64,000 nt of DNA from Gracilinanus agilis (taxonomy: Eukaryota): positions 90,225,423-90,289,422 of the forward strand of contig NC_058132.1 in assembly GCF_016433145.1 (NCBI RefSeq), given 5' to 3'. The notes under the pieces are model-generated. The model did no database searches. It saw only the letters and a program-made list of their open reading frames with translations, and had not been told where the DNA came from. Of this stretch, positions 59,577 through 64,000 are shown one piece after another (positions within the stretch are counted from its first letter, which is position 1; every line of letters starts with the position of its first letter). Both the position numbers and the translations under genes were made by a program.

Positions 59577-59851
59577 CCATGGTGGCAAACCTGTGATGTG
59601 TGCCAAAGAGAACATACAAAGCCCTCTCTGTGGGCACATGTGCCATCACCCACCAGAGTTAGTTACTAGAAAGGCAGACAGGCTCAAGCAGAGCTGCTCC
59701 TTTCCCCTTCTCCATCATGCCTGCAGCATTTTTACACTTCATCTGCCCCTCTGCCCAGCAGTACAATGGAAGCCCTTTCTCCCTCTTCTGTCTGAGGTGT
59801 CTGAGGGGACAGAGCATAGCATCACGGTCTCTAAAAGGTTTTCCGTCACTG
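59577..59851. mobile_element. hAT MITE, 275 bp, TIR of the CAGTGATGGCGAACCT type
   Basis: Ends CCATGGTGGCAAACCT / AGGTTTTCCGTCACTG; perfect TSD TCCTAGGT (59569-59576, 59852-59859). Confidence 0.9.
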
Positions 59852-60559
59852 TCCTAGGTGGAAGAGTTGGTAAATAATGAAAAGCAAAGAGCTTCCTTGC
59901 TCTTGTTTTGTTGTTGTGTTTTTCTACCTTTCTTTTTATCCCCTGTGCTTATCATAGGGATTGGCATATATTAAATACTTAATGAATATTTGTTGACTTC
60001 ACTCAACTCCATAAATATTTGCTTATTAACACATTAGGTGGAATAATAAATAAATTAATAAAGTAGTAGATAAAGTTCTAGGCTTGGATTCAGGAGGACC
60101 TGATTCCAAATCTTGCCTCAGGTACTTGCTGTATGACCCTGAACAAGTCACTTAACTATTGTTTGTCTCAGTTTCTGAAACTTTAAAATGAGGATGATAA
60201 TAGTACCTGCTTCACAAAGTTGATCTAAAGATAAAATAAGATAATATTTGTGAGGTATTTAACACAGTGCCTGACATAACAGGTGTTCCATAAATGCTTA
60301 TTTTCATGCCCACTCCACAATAGGATACCTACTGAGTGTACACAAATCAATATGGGGGGGAGGGGGATATACTGGCTCTAGCCCTATCCTGAGAATCTCT
60401 TGTTAAATTTTCTGGGTGAGAAGTTACTACATTGAAATTGGCAATCCTATATGCATTTATGCTTGATGTATTGGTTTATTGGTTATCTAGACTTAGTAAA
60501 GTATTCCTGATGAGGATCAATCTTTTAAGTGTGTCCATACTGTTTTTTTTTCTTTCTAG

Positions 60560-60720
60560 AGTTCAAATCCAGTCTCAGCCACTTATCTGTGGGACCCTGT
60601 GACAAGTCACTTTACCCAGTTGGTCTCATTCTGCAAAAGGAAATAGTAAACCAATGCAGTATCTCTGCCAAGAAAACTCGAAGTGCATTCATGAAAATCC
60701 AGGGCTAAACAACAGCATGA
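60560..60720 (+). mobile_element. MAR1-type SINE (CORE plus RTE tail)
   Basis: GAGTTCAAATCCAGTCTCAG core followed by AAGGAAATAGTAAACCAATGCAGTATCTCTGCCAAGAAAAC. Confidence 0.75.
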
Positions 60721-61134
60721 TGTAATAAAATTTTCTATGAATTTTGGTCCCTACTTTGTCTCTGAAATTATCGTGTTCTTCTAAGGTCAGCGTGATAATT
60801 GAGGGAAATGGATAATGACTGTACAGTTTCTAATGATCTGTCACATGAAAGCATAACTATTTCTCCCCCATTACATTAGCTCTAGTTGTTGACAGTAAAA
60901 AGTCTCTTGTTCAATTATGGAGAACTCAACATTTTAGCCCCACATTTGATAGTTTGTCTTCAACCATCTCTCCTGACTTTGCCTTTCTGGGTCTCCATAG
61001 TAGTGAAGAGAGGGGGAGGACTAAGAGTCAAGTGACCAGGACCACACAGAGAAACATTGAGATGATGACTATCTCTGTTTAGGATAATCCTGAAAGCTAT
61101 ATGATCAGAGGCATGGAAAGTGCAAGAAAAAAAT

Positions 61135-62665
61135 TGTTTTAATTAGGTTTTCATTTTTCCCCAGATAATATCTCGATATAATTTTAATAATTGTTTTCTA
61201 ATATTTTTGATCTATGTTCTCTCCCTCTCATATACTGCTCCCCCCTTAAGGTGGCAGGTAATATAATATAGGTTATATGTTGTTATCATACTCTTTCTAT
61301 ATATATTTATAATTATATATCTATACACGTGTAGATATATGATACCATGTTAGACAGGGTACTAAAAAAGACATATATCACTTACACTAGAAAAAATTTA
61401 ATGGGGGGCAGCTGGGTAGCTCAGTGGATTGAGAGCCAGGCTTAGAGATGGGAGGTCCTAGGTTCAAATCTGGCCTCAGACACTTCCCAGCTGTGTGACC
61501 CTGGGTAAGTCACTTGACCCCCATTGCCTAGTCCTTACCACTTTTCTGCCTTGGAGTCTATATACAATATTGACTCCAAGACAGAAGGTAAGGTTTTAAA
61601 AATAAAAGAGAAAAAAATTTAATGGAGAAAAAAAAGAAAAGAATGATATGCTTCAGTATGCAGTCTGACTCCATCAGTTCCTCCTATGGCAGTGAATAGC
61701 CTTTTTTCATCATAAGTCCCTGAGAGTTGTCCTGGATCCTTGCATTGTTGATAATATTTAAGTCTTTCACAATCAATCACCATACCTTATTGCTGTTACT
61801 GAGTACAATGTTCTCCTAATTCTGCTCACTTCACTTTGCCTTACTTCATATGTCTTTCCAGGTTTCTTTTTTGGGTAAGTGTGTGTGATCATCTTGTTTA
61901 TAATTTCTTATGGCAAAATAGTATTCTATTACAATCAAGTATCACAATATTTTTAGCTATTCCCCAGTTGATGGACATTCCTGAAGCTTCCAGTTCTTTG
62001 CCACCACAAAAAGATCTGTTATAAAATTTTGTACCTTTTTAAAATTTTGTGGCCCTTTTCCACTTTGATCTCTTTGGGATACAGACATAGTAGTAATATT
62101 ACTTTGGAATACAGAAGGGCATGTACAGTTTTGTGGCTTTTTTGGTAATGGTTTCATGTTGCTCTCCAGAATGGCTGTATTAGTTCACAGCTCTACCAAC
62201 AGTGTATATGTTCTAATTTTACCACATCTTCACATTTATAATTTTCCTTTATTGTTATATTAATCAGTCTGATAGGTGTGATGTGGTATATCATAGTTAT
62301 TTTAATTTGCATTTCTCTAATTAATAGTGATTTGAAGCATTTTTATATGACTAAAGATAGTTTTAATTTCTTCATCTGAAAACTGTTTGTTCCTATCCTT
62401 TCAAGCAACAAGTGAGCAATCTATGTCAGCGGTCATTGATAAAAGTAATCTGGCTTTTGATAAACTCAAAGATCTGAGCTTTGGGGGTCAAAACTCATCA
62501 TTTGACAAATATTTCTGTGAAAATTGGAAAGCAGTTCGGGATAAACTAATCTTAGGTCAATATTTCACACTATATACCAAAATAAGATCAAAATGGATTA
62601 AAAATTCATATATAAAGTGTGATAGCTTAAGTAAATTATGGGAGTATGGAAAAACATACCTGTCA
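61135..62665 (-). mobile_element. Old L1 3' end with an inverted 5' segment (62400-62665 on +)
   Basis: Minus-strand 3'UTR and ORF2 end to about 62395, joined to a plus-strand ORF2 piece from just upstream in L1. Confidence 0.75.
61404..61609 (+). mobile_element. Opossum SINE1 nested in L1
   Basis: Full length; TSD GAAAAAATTTAATGG on both sides. Confidence 0.95.
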
Positions 62666-63050
62666 TGTATGTACTTTCCCAAAAGCTGCATTATTCCTAT
62701 TACTCCACAAATGTTTCTTCCTCTATAAATACCTAGAATTTCTCTCACAAGTCCATGCTTCAAGAACAGTGCTAAACAGTTTGAATTTATTCCAGCTAAT
62801 CAGGTTCAAAATCTATCTAGGTAATAAAATGGAATCTTATTAAAATATGAAATTTTGGAATCAAGAATTCTTGAGCCCCATTTTATATCCATTCTTCTTT
62901 CTTTTATGAGACCCAGACACTTAACATAATGTGATCTCAAAGTATTGTTGCATAAATTAAAATGGAAAGGAGATAGAATTTCATTTCTATATGAAGTCAT
63001 CTGCTCTCAGTCATCTCCTTTGCCATTACTCACTAGTTTCCAGATTTTCC

Positions 63051-63051
<1 letters not shown>

Positions 63052-63086
<35 letters not shown>
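63052..63086. repeat. (TG)n microsatellite
   Basis: Direct reading. Confidence 0.98.
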
Positions 63087-63087
<1 letters not shown>

Positions 63088-64000
63088 TGGGAGGAAGAAG
63101 AAAAGGAGATAGTGGTCCTAACCCCATGAAAGGATAGATGTGAGAGGGGAATAAGAGGAGTTAATAGCTCCAATTAGAAATAAATGGAGAATACTGTAGG
63201 AGAAATCACTCCCAATCCCACCCCACTCCTATTTACCCTGTCTAATAAGATCCCACACTGGTCTGTTTCTGAAGATTTCCTTCTCTAATTGGAGTTGATG
63301 AGTCTGCAGAAGGTAGGTAATACTGTTCTGCTGCCTCAGAATTATGAGGCAAGAGCCCCTGCTCTTGTGGCCAGTAAAAGACAGAGGTGCTAAAGACTTC
63401 CTGGAAGATATTTCTGGATTGAGGCAATGTGCAAAGTGTGTGGGGAAAGTCTATTATGTAATACATGGTATTACAACACAGGAAATATTCTTTATATGGC
63501 CATAATCATCCCTCAGAATGAGGATTCCTTCAACCATATGAAGATGATGCTGGTGCAGTTGCTAGTCCAACCCCAAATGACTGTTTCTAATAGACACCAC
63601 CACTTTGGGAAGGCTGACCTTGTGGTAAAAAGGTATAAAAATGAAAACCTGTTGAGTTTCACTGCCTAAACCTCTGCTTCCCCAATAATTACCTGTAGAT
63701 CTGTTGTAGAAATAGGGAGCAATGGCTGGTGCCCCACTCTCATTGAGGGTCTCTATCTCTCTCTGTCTTTCTGCCTCTATTTGTTTCTGTTTCAATATGT
63801 TTGAATAATGTATGTCTCTATCATTATGTCTCTGTATCTTTGTCACTGTGCCTCTATCTCTGTCTCTCTTCTCTCCAAGAATCAACAATTTAAAAAGAAA
63901 AGAGGGCAAGGATCACAGGGCACAAGATTTTGTGGGAGTGGGGAAGGGAATAGAGAACAATTCAACATTATATATGATAAAAGAATAGACTGAAAATGGC

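Overview
AT-rich marsupial genomic DNA; the SINE and L1 families point to the opossum Monodelphis (inference). The window is part of a class I odorant receptor cluster. It holds four intact OR51F-like ORFs (three on +, one on -) and one heavily decayed OR relic near 53.9-54.1 kb. Each intact gene has a 3' splice acceptor 39-43 nt before its ATG, and candidate upstream exons and O/E (EBF)-TATA promoters can be read from the sequence. Most of the rest is transposon debris: young and old L1, L2, CR1/L3, CORE-SINEs, opossum SINE1, RTE/BovB-derived SINEs, LTR elements and several Buster-type hAT MITEs with intact 8-bp TSDs. I see no rRNA, true tRNA gene or CRISPR array. I cannot support a wholly new biological system. 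Best leads: (1) a predicted spliced, in-frame 16-aa N-terminal extension of the third OR; (2) two copies of a composite LTR element with dissimilar 'LTRs' and a covarying hairpin next to the polypurine tract; (3) a homeodomain+O/E composite site between the convergent ORs; (4) an orphan OR-like promoter upstream of the fossil OR; (5) a 59-bp hAT MITE; (6) strong CpG asymmetry among the OR paralogues. Family names come from recall of consensus sequences, not database searches, and boundaries of old repeats are approximate.
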